Source: Nemertoderma westbladi (Eukaryota; Animalia; Xenacoelomorpha). Taken from it: 64,000 nt of DNA. The stretch spans positions 1-64,000 of the forward strand of contig JAUCBJ010008666.1 of NCBI GenBank assembly GCA_032718475.1, in the 5' to 3' direction. The notes below the pieces were generated by a model, which searched no databases, had not been told where the DNA came from, and saw only the letters and a program-made list of their open reading frames with translations. Below are positions 22,401 through 37,400 of the stretch, in pieces (the first letter of the stretch is position 1; the number at the start of each line of letters is the position of its first letter). A program made the translations under genes and the position numbers.

Positions 22401-25400
22401 ACAAGAGGCAATAAAAACTTGTTACTTTTAGCTTGGTACCTACACAAGAGGCAATAAAAACTCGTTACTTTTAGCTTGGTACCTACACAAGAGGCAATAC
22501 AAACTCGTTACTTTTAGCTTGGTACCTGCACAAGAGGCAATAAAAACTCGTTACTTTTAGCTTGGTACCTACACAAGAGGCAATACAAACTCGTTACTTT
22601 TAGCTTGGTACCTGCACAAGAGGCAATAAAAACTCGTTACTTTTAGCTTGGTACCTACACAAGAGGCAATACAAACTCGTTACTTTTAGCTTGGTACCTA
22701 CACAAGAGGCAATACAAACTCGTTACTTTTAGCTTGGTACCTACACAAGAGGCAATAAAACTCGTTACTTTTACCTTGGTACCTACACAAGAGGCAATAT
22801 AAACTCGTTACTTTTAGTTTGGTACCTACACAAGAGGCAATAAAAAACTCGTTACTTTTAGCTTGGTACCTACACAAGAGGCAATAAAACTCGTTACTTT
22901 TACCTTGGTACCTACACAAGAGGCAATATAAACTCGTTACTTTTAGTTTGGTACCTACACAAGAGGCAATACAATCTCGTTACTTTTAGCTTGGTACCTA
23001 CACAAGAAACAATACAAACTCGTTACTTTTAGCTTGGTACCTACACAAGAGGCAATAAAAACTCGTTACTTTTAGCTTGGTACCTACACAAGAGGCAATA
23101 AAAACTCGTTACTTTTACCTTGGTACCTACACAAGAGGCAATATAAACTCGTTACTTTTAGTTTGGTACCTACACAAGAGGCAATAAAAAACTCGTTACT
23201 TTTAGCTTGGTACCTACACAAGAGACAATACAAACTCGTTACTTTTACCTTGGTACCTACACAAGAGACAATACAAACTCGTTACTTTTAGCTTGGTACC
23301 TACACAAGAGGCAATAAAACTCGTTACTTCTAGCTCGTGGTAAACTTTTTGGTAGGTACCTAGTTCAGTAGTACCTGTGGGTCATGATTAAGATAATAAT
23401 TGGTGATATCTTTAATAAAGTTGCATTTTAACAGCTCAAAACGATTAGTTATGGCTTTTAACAGTAAAGTCTACGCTTTGGCTTATTTTAAAAACTAAGA
23501 TGTTTTATAACCTTTAATGGGTTTGGATGTTTGAAGTTATTCCTGAGTGAGTAATTACAGGGAAAAGTTGAAGATACAAAGAGTGACAGGTTGACAAGAT
23601 GAGCTATATCTGAGTACCCCACTAGGGACTTTACAACATTGCCAATTTCACTAATTGGCTTCGTGGTCACTTTGGAATAGTTTCGCTTCAATTGTTCCCT
23701 CCTGAAATACTCTCAGTTAATCATGTAACATGGTAATAGTAATCTACATGACAAATCCATAGGTTGTATTGCCTTATCAAAAGTTAAGTGAATTCGAAAA
23801 AAAATCCCCTAATACTGTCATACCATAAATATTAGTGCCGACTGAATTCAAATACAACATTCGCATATAGAAATATTCGGTAGTTAGTATAATAACATAC
23901 TCAAAATATCCATAACAAATAATATATACATCATGAGGAAAAATATTTGTATAGATTTTTTAGATATAACATTCGATTTGGGCATTAATATTTATCATGT
24001 ACACCATTGTTTTTTTTAAATCATATTAATTATCGCTATTTCTTGCTGTGGAAAAATTTGAGAAATTCTGGTATAAAACAGTATAAAATTAAACATGATG
24101 GTTTGAATCGATTCACTCACCGACCAATCATAGCGTCTGTATCAAGTCGTACACCGTTCTTGTACCAGGCTATTTCCGGTACTGGTCTGCCCTCCGCCTG
24201 ACAGTGCAGCATCGCTTTATTCCGCTCCGGAACCCCTACAGATGTCCGGGATTCGCTAGCCCGGACTTCCGGTAAATCTAAATAAAAATATCTAATCGTA
24301 ATAGACGACAAGGTGGTGGTAAATGAAGTCGGGCCAATCCATAGCATAGTTATTGATCTTTGTATGCGTATAAGAGATCATAGGTGTAAATTTCAAAACT
24401 GCCCAAAAATTGAACTCCCAAAAATATGTTTTTCTGGCTCCCAAAAATTTGATTTATGTTGATTATGAATAATTAATTTTATTAGGGTTTATTGGGCATG
24501 CCCACTGCTCAGGCCCATTAAACAAACCACTGCGGGTACGACATGGTACTACGGGTGGGTTGAATTACAGTTGTTTATATAACTACCGTAGTTGGCGTGA
24601 ATCATACTTCAAACAGCAATTCAACAGCGAACAACTTAAAAGAAAATTAAAAGTTTTAGTTTTTCAATCAATGGTAATAAGTGTCAGCATTGTTGATCTT
24701 AAACTTAATTAAAAAAATATGAGCTCTGATTGTGTAAACTTCTATAATCCAACTTACAGTTGACAGTAACGAATGTTTCGAATTGAACATCGTCACCATG
24801 GCCGTTACTCGCCTGACACCGGTACCTCCCACCGTCTTTCCGAGATACTTTGCTGACCCTGAGCGAACTGCCCCAGTAATCTCTTCCATATTGAGACTAA
24901 AAAGTAAAAAATATTAATTGATTGCAAATGTTCAGAACAATATATTTACGATACGCGATGTAAAATCATTGACTTCCATCGGCAAGTGTACAGAAATCAT
25001 GAATGTTATAATTTAATGAAAGTAAATTTTTTTATAAATAAAATAACATAATATTAGATTAGGAATTATCACATGTTTGCAATATTATTGTGTTAAATTA
25101 TTGATTTTAAATCGTCATTCTGATGCGCATCAATTTGGATAAACATTTTCAGTTCTCAGATTCCACATAAATAATATAATACAATAGCCACGGTTTATTT
25201 CGGAAACATCTGCTTCCGATTGACATAAGCTCAATATGTTGGCACATTTGTAGGCAAAGAACCGGAAAAAGTTATTTGAGAGGCAAAATAATAAAACTGA
25301 TGTGGAAGCAGTTTTTGATACATCACCTGTCAGCTGCTTCATAAAGGCCGCAGCTAGCCAGAGGGAAGGAACTGAACCTGGATCGCTGGATCTGACAGGT

Positions 25401-28400
25401 AATCTTTATTGTACATACGATATCCCTGAGGCGTAAGTTGGGATGCGAAGAGAGATTGCCCAAACACAAGACTTCAAAGTAGGGCAAATTAGTAAGATAC
25501 AATTGAAGAGTTTTAGTGTTAGCTCAATTGGCAGGTTTGATGGGATGTCATTGCATGAAACCATGGTACATACTCCACGAAATGTGACAGGTCCACTATC
25601 TATTTTCACTTGCTGTCATGGTGTTCAATAGCTCCCTATGGAGTGCAGCACGAATACGACTACAGGTAAGAATGCTACAGTGGCTGACTTGCGGAGTCAG
25701 TAATTACATTGATAACATTGTACGGGACAACCTTTTCCGTAAACATAGTTAACACACGGTGCCAAAAAAAGCAGATTCTGTAATCAATTTATTGGATTAT
25801 CTGGTAATGTGCAGAATTCCCAATTGCCCGCTCCTGTTTTTAGGGACTCTACTGAATAAGAAGATTATCAATAAAGTGTTTCTAATCAATAAATAGTTCG
25901 CTGCTGAATATTCAATTATTGTAGAAAGTCCCTGGAGTTATGATTCAAAAGTTTGTTGTTTTTTTTTAAATAAGGAATATGGATAATAAAGCAATCCGAT
26001 GTTGTAAGATTACACTGTCCCGTCAATCATCATATGATCGGATGGCAAAGCTTTACGATTGTTTTGCTGGATTGAAAACAATTTATGCGTAGTGATGAAA
26101 CATTTTACAGGCCTACATCCCCGCACCCACACCCAAATCATCAAAAATTATATCTTTGCTTCTGAATGAACTTTGGCCCAGAATTCATTGAAGAGATAAT
26201 CATCGGACGACCAATACTTACCATGTGCTTGTTTTGATCTCGTGTCCAAACTATATTTGGGTTTGGTCGGCCCTTCGCCACGCATTTCAGTCTGAATGAT
26301 TGCCCTGCAACAACTGTAATCTCGCCCTCGGGAACTGCGATGAATTCTGGCGGTTCTGAAATTTAATCGAAAAATCATAAATAGAAATTCATCACAAATC
26401 TGAGCTTTCAAGGCCATACGTAGTACTTCAGCTGTTCAGTAAAAGATCATACTTGACGTGTATTATATGATGGTCAGTGCGAACAAATTTGTTAATATCT
26501 CAAAAATATGAGAAGAGCCTACAATAATCTACAACGGCAGGATTACCCGCATGCATCGCCCACTTTTTGTCTTGATAGGCCTTGACGCAAATAAATCCAT
26601 ATCGTGGGGATAACGGAATATACATTTTAAACAACATAACCAACATAGCGCTTATTTCCCTGCTGTGTTGAGTTGGGGGAAGGGAGCGTGGAGCAACTTA
26701 AGTGCACAAGAAAATAATTGCATTTACTGAGAAAGTTAGTCAAGCGAGACAGCATTTTCCATTACGAGTAATGAAAAATGCAGTTCATTTTACTGAGGCC
26801 GCGGAGCAAATTGAAGCAGAATTACTGCATCTGTCAGTTCGTGTCACCTGTCACCCAGCGAAGCAGCAATTCCGCCATCAACATTAGCTACAACAGGCGG
26901 ACCATGGGTCCCCTCTTATTCCTCAATATTAGGAATGTTTATCGGGGCGGATTGATTCTGTAACGAACTAATTCGTTTTGTATTAGAGTAGGGCTCTAGC
27001 TATGACAAAACCGTGTCTAGGTACACTGACTCTTGTACAACCAAATATCGGGATCCTTTAGCCGCAGCTATTACGCTGTTAGTCTCATAACAATAACATC
27101 AGAAAGTGGGTAAGTGTATATACGATAAGTTTAATTGTGTTCTATATTGGAGACATAATTCTAAGAAAAAATGCAATAGCCATTGCCATTGCCATTGTCA
27201 TTGTCATTGCCATTGCCATTGCCATTGCCATTGCCATTGCCATTGCCATTGCCATTGCCATTGCCATTGCCATTGCCATTGCCATTGCCATTGCCATTGC
27301 CATTGCCATTGCCATTGCCATTGCCATTGCCATTGCCATTGCCATTGCCATTGCCATTGCCATTGCCATTGCCATTGCCATTGCCATTGCCATTGCCATT
27401 GCCATTGCCATTGCCATTGCCATTGCCATTGCCATTGCCATTGCCATTGCCATTGCCATTGCCATTGCCATTGCCATTGCCATTGCCATTGCCATTGCCA
27501 TTGCCATTGCCATTGCCATTGCCATTGCCATTGCCATTGCCATTGCCATTGCCATTGCCATTGCCATTGCCATTGCCATTGCCATTGCCATTGCCATTGC
27601 CATTGCCATTGCCATTGCCATTGCCATTGCCATTGCCATTGCCATTGCCATTGCCATTGCCATTGCCATTGCCATTGCCCCCCCCCCCCCATTGCCATTG
27701 CCATTGCCATTGCCATTGCCATTGCCATTGCCATTGCCATTGCCATTGCCATTGCCATTGCCATTGCCATTGCCATTGCCATTGCCATTGCCATTGCCAT
27801 TGCCATTGCCATTGCCATTGCCATTGCCATTGCCATTGCCATTGCCATTGCCATTGCCATTGCCATTGCCATTGCCATTGCCATTGCCATTGCCATTGCC
27901 ATTGCCATTGCCATTGCCATTGCCATTGCCATTGCCATTGCCATTGCCATTGCCATTGCCATTGCCATTGCCATTGCCATTGCCATTGCCATTGCCATTG
28001 CCATTGCCATTGCCATTGCCATTGCCATTGCCATTGCCATTGCCATTGCCATTGCCATTGCCATTGCCATTGCCATTGCCATTGCCATTGCCATTGCCAT
28101 TGCCATTGCCATTGCCATTGCCATTGCCATTGCCATTGCCATTGCCATTGCCATTGCCATTGCCATTGCCATTGCCATTGCCATTGCCATTGCCATTGCC
28201 ATTGCCATTGCCAACGGGTGGCTTAAATGGTCACATAAAGAACTTCAACTACCTAGGATCATGGATTCGATGATCGGTTGAAGACCTCGAAATAAGAAAG
28301 GAAGAGGCAAGGCCTGGTGTTTGTAATATGGCATTATCAGGGGTACGGAAATCACTTGGAATTAATCTGACTCTGAAGGTAAATGTATTCCGGCCACCAA

Positions 28401-31400
28401 AATAATTTGTGCTGATATATGGATGGCAGACCCAATGCTGGGCTCTTACTTCAGAATATTCATTAAATTGGATGAAATGCTCACTTAAAAAAGGAGGTAT
28501 TGAACAACCTTGAAAAATATTATTGTCAAAACCCAGCTCTACTCTACAGTCAAGAGGGATACGCCTCACCGGCAACTGATACACTAACTTCGTATTGCTA
28601 TCTGTTCTGCAGATATTCACCATAGGGAATTGTAATACAGAAGGGCGATAATAAATTCTCCAAAGGTGGTCGTGAATGACGCAAAACAAATTCATAACTT
28701 TTCAGATAAATCAATTTAACTACACGGGATATTCGCTTTGTTCAATCATCTATAATTAATCACCAGATGGTAATTCCTGTACGTTGATTTCCCTTCGGAA
28801 TTCGATTGTTGCGCAGTTGCAGGAAGGAACAGAATAGATCCCAACCCATATTTACTGCCGCACAACTCCGACACTTAATTACTCAATAGTATTGCAACTA
28901 TAGGATATACAATGTACTTACAATAATATATCAGTTGTACGTACAGTTGGAGAATTTATTCTTATAAGTTTTCGAAACGATTCGAATTCACAAAACTAGA
29001 ACAATAATTCACAAATTATGGACATTTCAGAGATCACCGAGTAAGCTAAGATTTATCTAGTTTACCCTTGTGTATTTTGGAATGCAAACAAAAAGTAATT
29101 TACAACCAAGCAATAGCATGTTGGTCATCATGTGTCCCCACGAGACGAGTGACATCTTCCCATGACTGATTCGTTTGAAGCCACCTGAACCACATTGGAA
29201 TTGGCTTCCGATAGAAATATGGGGGGGGGGGGGGGGGGGGGGTGGGGCTCTGGTAATCGTAACTATGGCTTCCTCACTTACCTACAACCTGGAGTTTGTA
29301 GCAGTTTACTCCACGACTCTCTGCCTTCTGCCCGAAGGAGCGACAACCGTAAAAGCCTTCATCTTCGACTCTCACATTGTCTATATTCAATGCCAAAGTA
29401 TCCATTTGTACAACTTTAAGTCTAGAAGTAAACATAAATGCTATATATTATTGTTTGCACTGCGGTCGTCACAAATCTGCCTACTACATCTTGTGGAATT
29501 AGCGGTCATTTTGTTAGTTTCTGTTCATAAAGATTAAATTCAGAAATCCATTGTAATTGGTAGTTCATAACAAGAATAAGCAATAAACGTAATTCATAAT
29601 TAAATGACTAACTGATATTCCGATATTCACGGCGATACATACCTAGCGTCATTAAGATCTCCTGATATCATCTGTCCGGCAATCCAGCCGCCTAAAAACA
29701 ATATGGGACTATTTTCTTTGTTGTACCGGTCCCAGCTCACGGTTTGGGTGGTCGCGTCTGCTTTAATAGGCGCGAAAGTACATGGCAAACTCACTGAACT
29801 TCTAATCATTACTTCTTTCCTTGTGCACGATTCTAAAATATAATTAATAATACATTAATAATTGACATTGTTGTATATGGAAATAGCCCACACTAGAAAT
29901 GTATGCATCTAAAACGGCCAGATAAAAGGACATTCGCAAATAAATGATATGTGGTTGATTAATGACATCAACCACTGCAAGCAAAGCGCCGTCAGATATC
30001 AGCTATGCACGAGAGCAAAGGCAAACATTATTACAGTGTGTAAACAAATTTTAATTGCAATAATCCTTCCATGGGAGGATTTTAGAAGGCGTGTACAATA
30101 ATAATTGGTACAGTGGCTTCTTCTTCTGGAACCGATTGAATGGCACTGCTTATTGTGTGTTTCTTAATGGTCCTTTGATGCTTTTAATGCTTCGTTTTTG
30201 CATAAATCCAAACTAATGATGGTTGCAGGTAAAGGATGTCATAGAAATGGAAGAATGAAAGTGTCTGTAGGTGACGTTTCCACGGTACATTATCGAATTA
30301 TCAATACGGATTTGTAGCTCACGCGCGGTTTGTTTTGCTCATTAGTAGTCCGATGTATGAAAGGATTTACTTGTTTAATGTAGTTTATGCGCCTACAATT
30401 CGTCATAGTTAATCTTTAATCCATCTGTTGGTAATTCACATATATTATATTTTTGAATTAAATTTTATATTAATTTGTTTATTTAGCAGTTCAACTTTGC
30501 AATAACAGCCAAATTGACGGATGTCGGTCAGTAATCAAGGGTGAATTTTAAAATTTACTCCTCTTTCAAATGAAAAATAATTGTGATTGTGGTTGTGCCC
30601 TTTTTTGCCGTTTTGATGTCCTTTCTCGGGTCATCTATCACTAACATTTTTAAAATGTAAAATTAATCTGTATAAAATGATATAAATAATATAAAAATCA
30701 CTCGCATAAAATGATTTTAAGGAAAATTTATGGACTTTTTAATAAATATTTTTCTTAATCTTTTTCTCGTTAACCATTTAAATCTAAGGACCATTTGTGA
30801 CCATCAATACTACAGATTGAATTGTCTTTTAAAACGAAGTGTCATTAAACAACAATTCCGCTCACTGATTGCTAAGTACTTGCAGGATTGGTCACTGCAA
30901 ATCATTCAGAGCCAGTCCATTGTTAGGATTATTTGTGCAGTATTTCTTTCTCATCAATGAAATACAGTGCGGGCTGGAAAAGGCTTAACACACTCAATTA
31001 AGTATACTCTTGTATCCCAAACCGCAGCTTGTGAACAGTTAGTTATTGCAGTCATTCATCGGAAGCGCCCAAGCGTTGCTGCGGGGGGTAAATAAATAAC
31101 TGACTAGGCAGCTAGAATGCATATCCAAATAAAACGCGTCCACAGGCCACAATGAAAGGATTATTGCTAGAGGGTACAATCATTAAAACGGCTTGATTAT
31201 TATTGATTAACTCGAATATATTCCACAGGAATTATTCTACCCCTATTATTACTTAAACAACTGTTATTTTCTAAAGTGGGATTGCGAAATCATTTTTTTT
31301 CTGTCAGTGATTGATGGTCGGTCATTGTATGTATAGGATTAGATTACTTACGTACATACGCTGTAGAGGTACAACCCACCGCACAGGTCCTGTATTTATG

Positions 31401-34400
31401 TATACGTCAGTGCATCGAAACTCAATCCAATCCAATCCCATTTCTGTTTCTATTAATTAACCCACATGGGTTTTAACTCTCGGCTTATTTTGCTGAAACG
31501 ACATTGCCCGTTCTGTGTGAAAACTGATTAAAGAGGAAGCCATTTTCGTGATTAAATGTGCTGTTCAAAGTTGGTGGTCAAGGCGTAAACCCAAAAGGGA
31601 TAAGCGCTAAGGATTTTACCGGTGTGAGAAGCATTGTAAACTTTAATCACGTTACTTTAAGGCATATTATAATACTAGCCAGAAATGCATTGAGAAACAA
31701 GTTTTAGATACAACTGTAATCGGGAGAAACTGTAGTGAAATCAGTGGAATTGTGCAAGGGATTCTTCTATATTTATTATTTTGTGGAACTTCATCGATTC
31801 GATATAAAACAGTGGTGGTTTCGGAATTTTAGCTAATGATTATTAAATTCACATAAACAAATGGAAGTCACAATTAAACTAATAACGTTCGTTTCGAGAG
31901 GTTTAAACTAATTTTACGAGCATTTTTAGTTTCGGACCCTAAAAAATCCACTCTTTATTTACATATGTCTTGTATATTTGAGGAATAATTTAAAGATTTA
32001 ATGAAACAAGTTACTTGTGCATGTGACCTAGTTAAATTAGTATCTGCATAACTGAGCACTAATCAATCACATACTAATAAATCCATTAAGGTGATCCTCT
32101 ATGTTGATTGATTTTTACAAGAGCTGTACAGTTGCTAATCTTGTACGCGACAATGGGGGGTGGTCGGTCCAACGGAATGGGAAACGCAAGATAGCTTGGT
32201 CGCACACGGTTGGACGTTTTTTGGAAAACCAGGTAAAATATCTTCTAAGCGGATCACTGGAGGGCAGTCAAGCGAAGCCAACCCTTACGGAACAATTATC
32301 GCTATTGGGTTGTGCCCGTTCCGAGAAAGCATACTAATTCGGGGCTATACTGATACATGCTGTGGTAGCTGGTAAGTGCCGCGGAACCACTCCACGGTGT
32401 AATTGCTATAACCATGGCTAAACTGCAGCCCGCATAAATAATCCGAAACTGCGGTATCTATCGCTGAATGCGACTATAGCTAGCGACTTCATCAAAATTT
32501 GAGAAAAATGATTGCTTCCCCGTACTTTGAGGGTTTCTTGTCAGCCTCGACGGGGTAGGTAATCTCTCTCCTAGGAAATGGGAGACTTTATCAAAACTCT
32601 TTTGCCATTTAGCTAAATTACACTACAAATTGCGAATGGAGTGATACAACGAACGGGCTATGAGATTTCTGTCAACATGGGACCAGGCATGCACCTGCCC
32701 ACTTGCTATTAACTGTCCTCGTGTTTTGCGTATTAGAAAGCGCTTTCTACCGTTGGGAATTATCCCAGAATCATCGGCTGATATTACTCTCACTCAATCA
32801 GTATAATTCCGAAAGTGCACCTGCACCTGCACCCAGTGACACAGGTGGACATAATACACGCATTTTATTGGCTTAATATACCAAACAATATGCGCGGTGT
32901 AATGTACACAATTGACATATCATCGAACCAAACTGTCGGATATATACATACAGGCCAATTGAGATACATAACATATCCGACTGAGTGAAAGAAAGCCATT
33001 AAAATATCCAATACGAACAGTAGTAATCGAACATTGACAACGTACAACGGCGCGACATAAAAATGAAATGGAGACAATGGCAGCTATGAATTATCAACTT
33101 TAATGTTGACATGTAAGTTGTGACCACTGTATATATATTGGTGTATATGAGTGAGGTGAGAGCATGGGTTTGAGGTTCGTTTGAAGACAAAATCTGCAAA
33201 GTAAGGACAGATACCCCCTATAAGTTTACTCATTTAGCTATGGTTAATGTTTGATGGATCACGTTGAATCATGTTTGTCGGACTTATTATAGTTTCGTTT
33301 AGATACACTGAAGCTGGCTTAACGTAATAAAAAGTTTCGTAAACAAAAACTGTAATCTCTGAGTCCAGTCTGTACATATATGACGTGTTGTTAATGATAG
33401 AGTTAAATTTACATAAATTACAAAATATATCAACGCGCATTTATGTGGACTAATTCATGCGGAAGATGTAACCTGCATCTCCAAACTGGCTCTGTTTCAA
33501 CGTGTTTGTGGTGCTTTTCATTAAGTCCTCAGAAGACTTTGCATTTCAAAGTTGCATGTTGTTGTCAAGTTTATGGATGCAAGATTCGTACTGATACTGT
33601 ACACCAGCAGTGTATGTGCACTGTATCGTTTTCTCTCTACAGTAATTGCCCACTGGTGTATTGTAACAAATCCATGGCTTTCTGTGGCCGAATGGCTTAA
33701 CGATTAGGCTCTTATAGAGTAGTGTGTGGAGGACATTGTGGACTCATACCGGGAGTATATATGGATTAAACTAACAGAAAGCTGAGCATTCATTAGAGCG
33801 ACTGAGCTTATGGATGGCGTGGCTTAAATAATACGAATCTACGGAAATCAACCCGAACAAAATCTCGGCCAGTTAATTAAAGTTTTGGTGTGTCGTGTCG
33901 TGTTACTGTAAGCTACTGTATATAGAGGTATAAATATTTACAGTACATACTCATTTACTAATAATGTGTTCACCCTGTCTGCCTACCCGCATGCTTCAAT
34001 GCTGAGCTGCTGCTGTACAAATATTGCGATCTACTTAATAAAATATCAGTTTGCTTTAGAAAGATGTTAGTCTTTGGTCAAACACAAAGGAAGTTGCTAA
34101 AGTCAAACACCATAATGCGTTTGAACTTAAATCATATAATGCACTATTGATGCACGCTCTATCTAATATACAGTATGTACAGTAGTATGATGTGATACAT
34201 GAGTTTAAGTCTTTGTGGGCGGATTTAGAGAGATTTTGAGAAAGGATTTTCATTTAATGTAAGATTGGAAATATAGATTTTATTTTGCATTTGAGCGACT
34301 TGTATATAAATCGGGCAGGATAGAAAAATATTTGGATATGAGCCTTAGTAATCAAGTTAGATTAGATTTGACTACTGTAAGTTACCGGTAATAACCTGCT

Positions 34401-37400
34401 AGGAACCAGTTCATTTATACGTAATGAATCACCTGCTTACTGCTTCAATAATAACGTTTATCCCGCTGGGTGTCTGCCTAGCATTATATAATTGACAAAT
34501 GCAATTGAATAAAAAGCTAACCTAATCATCCATTATATTTAATTTAAATATCTAATTATTTTTCGCTCATTGGGAGAATTGAATTGCCATCGACATACGC
34601 TAAAGTAATTTAAATGAAACGGCCGCGTTGCATTAAAGGATGATAAGTTCACGAACATAAATACTATATCAAATGTATTACTGGGAAAATATAGAGGTAA
34701 TTAGGGAGTTCATTAGTTGAGCTCTATACATAGTACCGGTACCAGTTCCTTTGCCTATTATTTACTAAGTATGTAGGCCTAACCATAATATACGGTATCT
34801 CTAATTAATAACAATGAAATCACGTCTATGATGATAGCATACGTTAGAAAAGCACGCTCGCACCGTTACACCACCGTAGAGATTCGTCAACATTATATTG
34901 GTTTGTTAGTACGTTTCTGCTGGTAAAAGGGGTCGAAAGAGTCAAAGGTTCGAAAGAGCGTAGTTTTAATTTAATTATCATACGCCTTTTTGGTAACAAC
35001 ATCGTTTATTGTTTTGGTTAGAAGATGCTCTCTCTAACTCTCTGTAACTTGCCCCATTCCCTCAATTTGTAAAACATACTTTGTTGTTTTGGTTAGAAGA
35101 ACTCTTCTCTGCAACCTGCTCCTTTCCCTTATTATTTATTGTTTGTAAGTGGTGTTTGTCGTTTGAACTTTGTAGTTAGGGGAGGGGGGGGGGGGGGGGG
35201 GGGGGGTGACTTTCGACGCAATAAAAATTCATCGCTCACAGCTGATTACCCCAAGAAATAAAACTATAACCTGTTCTGTTGACTTTAGTTAATTGTTTTG
35301 TATAGAGTAACGCGCGACTTTAACTTGCTCCTTTCCCTAAATTGAGAATTAAACATTGAGGCGTGATTAAATTCGCCAAGATGGGAAGTGCATCAAGTTC
35401 CACCCCCCCCCCCCCCCCCCCACCCTATCTATCTTTTTGACCTGAAATCGACTCTAATTTAAACGCCAAATTGTAAGTACTATATATAACAACATCAACA
35501 TTGTTGTTAGTATACAGTAACAACACCAAAAGAGACACCAAACTTATTTACATTATAGAAACTATAACATAGGACTACACAAGAAATAAGGCAACACGGC
35601 ACTCGGCACATCATTCACAAAATAATGATTGCGTTGTGTAGGTTCTGTGGTTAGGATATTAGTTTAATTATAATGTTATCTGAGCTTGGTGTATCATATT
35701 CATATAACAACAATACATATACAATGGTGTATAGATAGGAAGCACACTGCACACATCAAAGCCATCCTGCCCCCTGATTAAAGCATCCTCTGTGTATCAT
35801 TTCCTTTGAAGCTCTATGCCTTGGGATTCATCTTTCAAATAACTGTATGTAGGCTTATGATGGATGGCGACCTGCATGTGTAGTTTATTACTCGAAGGAC
35901 AATCCCATCCCATCTATACAAAAAATGATATTCGCGTGGGACTTGATTTTGTTGTTTATCGCCTTGCTATACAATTAAAAATAGTGCGAGGTAAGAACGG
36001 TTGTTATTGTGCTATCACGAAACTTACAGTTGAACCTCTACGCACTATGCGGGGGAAGTACAAAGTACAATCATATGTGTAGCAGTGTAGGCTACCTGTG
36101 CTGTACACTTACACATTGATAATCAAGCAATATTATAATTATTGTTAATTCCAGCAAATAATTCTCCCATAATTTTCCTTACAGCTTCAGCTTCACTCTC
36201 AAAGTGGCAAATACCCCATCACATAGGATGTACCTCATTTCATCAAAAAATAATAATATCTTATTGAATTTGGAAATAATAAAAACATAATTTGGTAAAT
36301 CACCTGCCAATTATGAGCCAGACCAGTTGCAATTATCAGCTTCCCCAGACTAACTTAAAGCAGATTGTAACAGGAACGAACCCATTCCGTGTATTGACCT
36401 GGTTGTGGTTGTACATAGTACATCCATAGGGTCATATCGGTATTACTTTAGACGAGGTTTAAGTTAGTTGATAAGCTTGGAATGGGTTAAGAAATATATT
36501 AGGATAAAGCTTGTTAGAGCATTTGTACATGGTTTAAATTCAATCTAATTGGACTATTATGCGTTTGTTACCACAGTATCTCAGAGTCAGACATGTGCAG
36601 AGGTGGTGAGTAAATCAATTCCAATATCAAAATTAATAGTTAAATAAAAATATTGATTTTCAGATTAAACAACAAAACGACTACACATTCACATTTTAAC
36701 CAATTCTTGACGCGGTTAAATAACAAAATGTTTGTAAATGATTAGACCACATGTTACTGCAGCTTAGTATTATATAAATAACAATAAGTAAGATAATAAT
36801 TAATAGTCATGCAAAATGTGAAAACCTTACTGGTAGCAGTATGTTTATAAAACCAACACAAAAATATGATACTGAAAATATTTTTTTATTTTATATGTTT
36901 TTTTAGTTTTTTTTTTATTTATGTATGTAATATGTATTTAAAATAGAAAGACCTATTTTTCAAGATTTACAAATAGCTAAATTTTGATAATTATTGTTTG
37001 CCCCTCCGCCTCCAGCTATATGATTATTTAAATTAAGATACCCAAATGAGTGGACAAATCGAGTGGATTGTGGGCCCATGTGAAGTATACCAGACTTTCT
37101 GCCGTTATATTTCACTTTGCAGTTACCCCCATGTGAAGAATACCAGGTTTTCACCAAAAACACAGGTTACAGAAGGGCTGAATCTAACCAAAACAATAAA
37201 CAAATTAGTATATGTACAGGTTTTAAGACAGAAATAAGCGCTATAAAACACTTAAAAAAGATAAATTAAAAAAAATAAAAAATCTTCATATATAAAATTC
37301 CAATAAAAAGTCGACCGAAAAGTGAAATCCTGGTATTCTTCACATGGGCGGGATTGTGGCATGGCCCACGGATCATTTATTATTATGTGGGTGTGTGATA

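Noticed and set aside
25443-25700. CCHGV motif hinting at a KDZ/Zisupton transposase relic
   Set aside because: Short, interrupted by stops, and with no further supporting motifs.
27106-28281. Poly-CH, poly-IA, poly-LP and poly-MA ORFs, superficially metal-binding
   Set aside because: Stop-free hexamer microsatellite inside an intron.
35750-35950. Possible RTE 3'-end relics here and at ~39380-39700
   Set aside because: Similarity is too degraded to support by eye.
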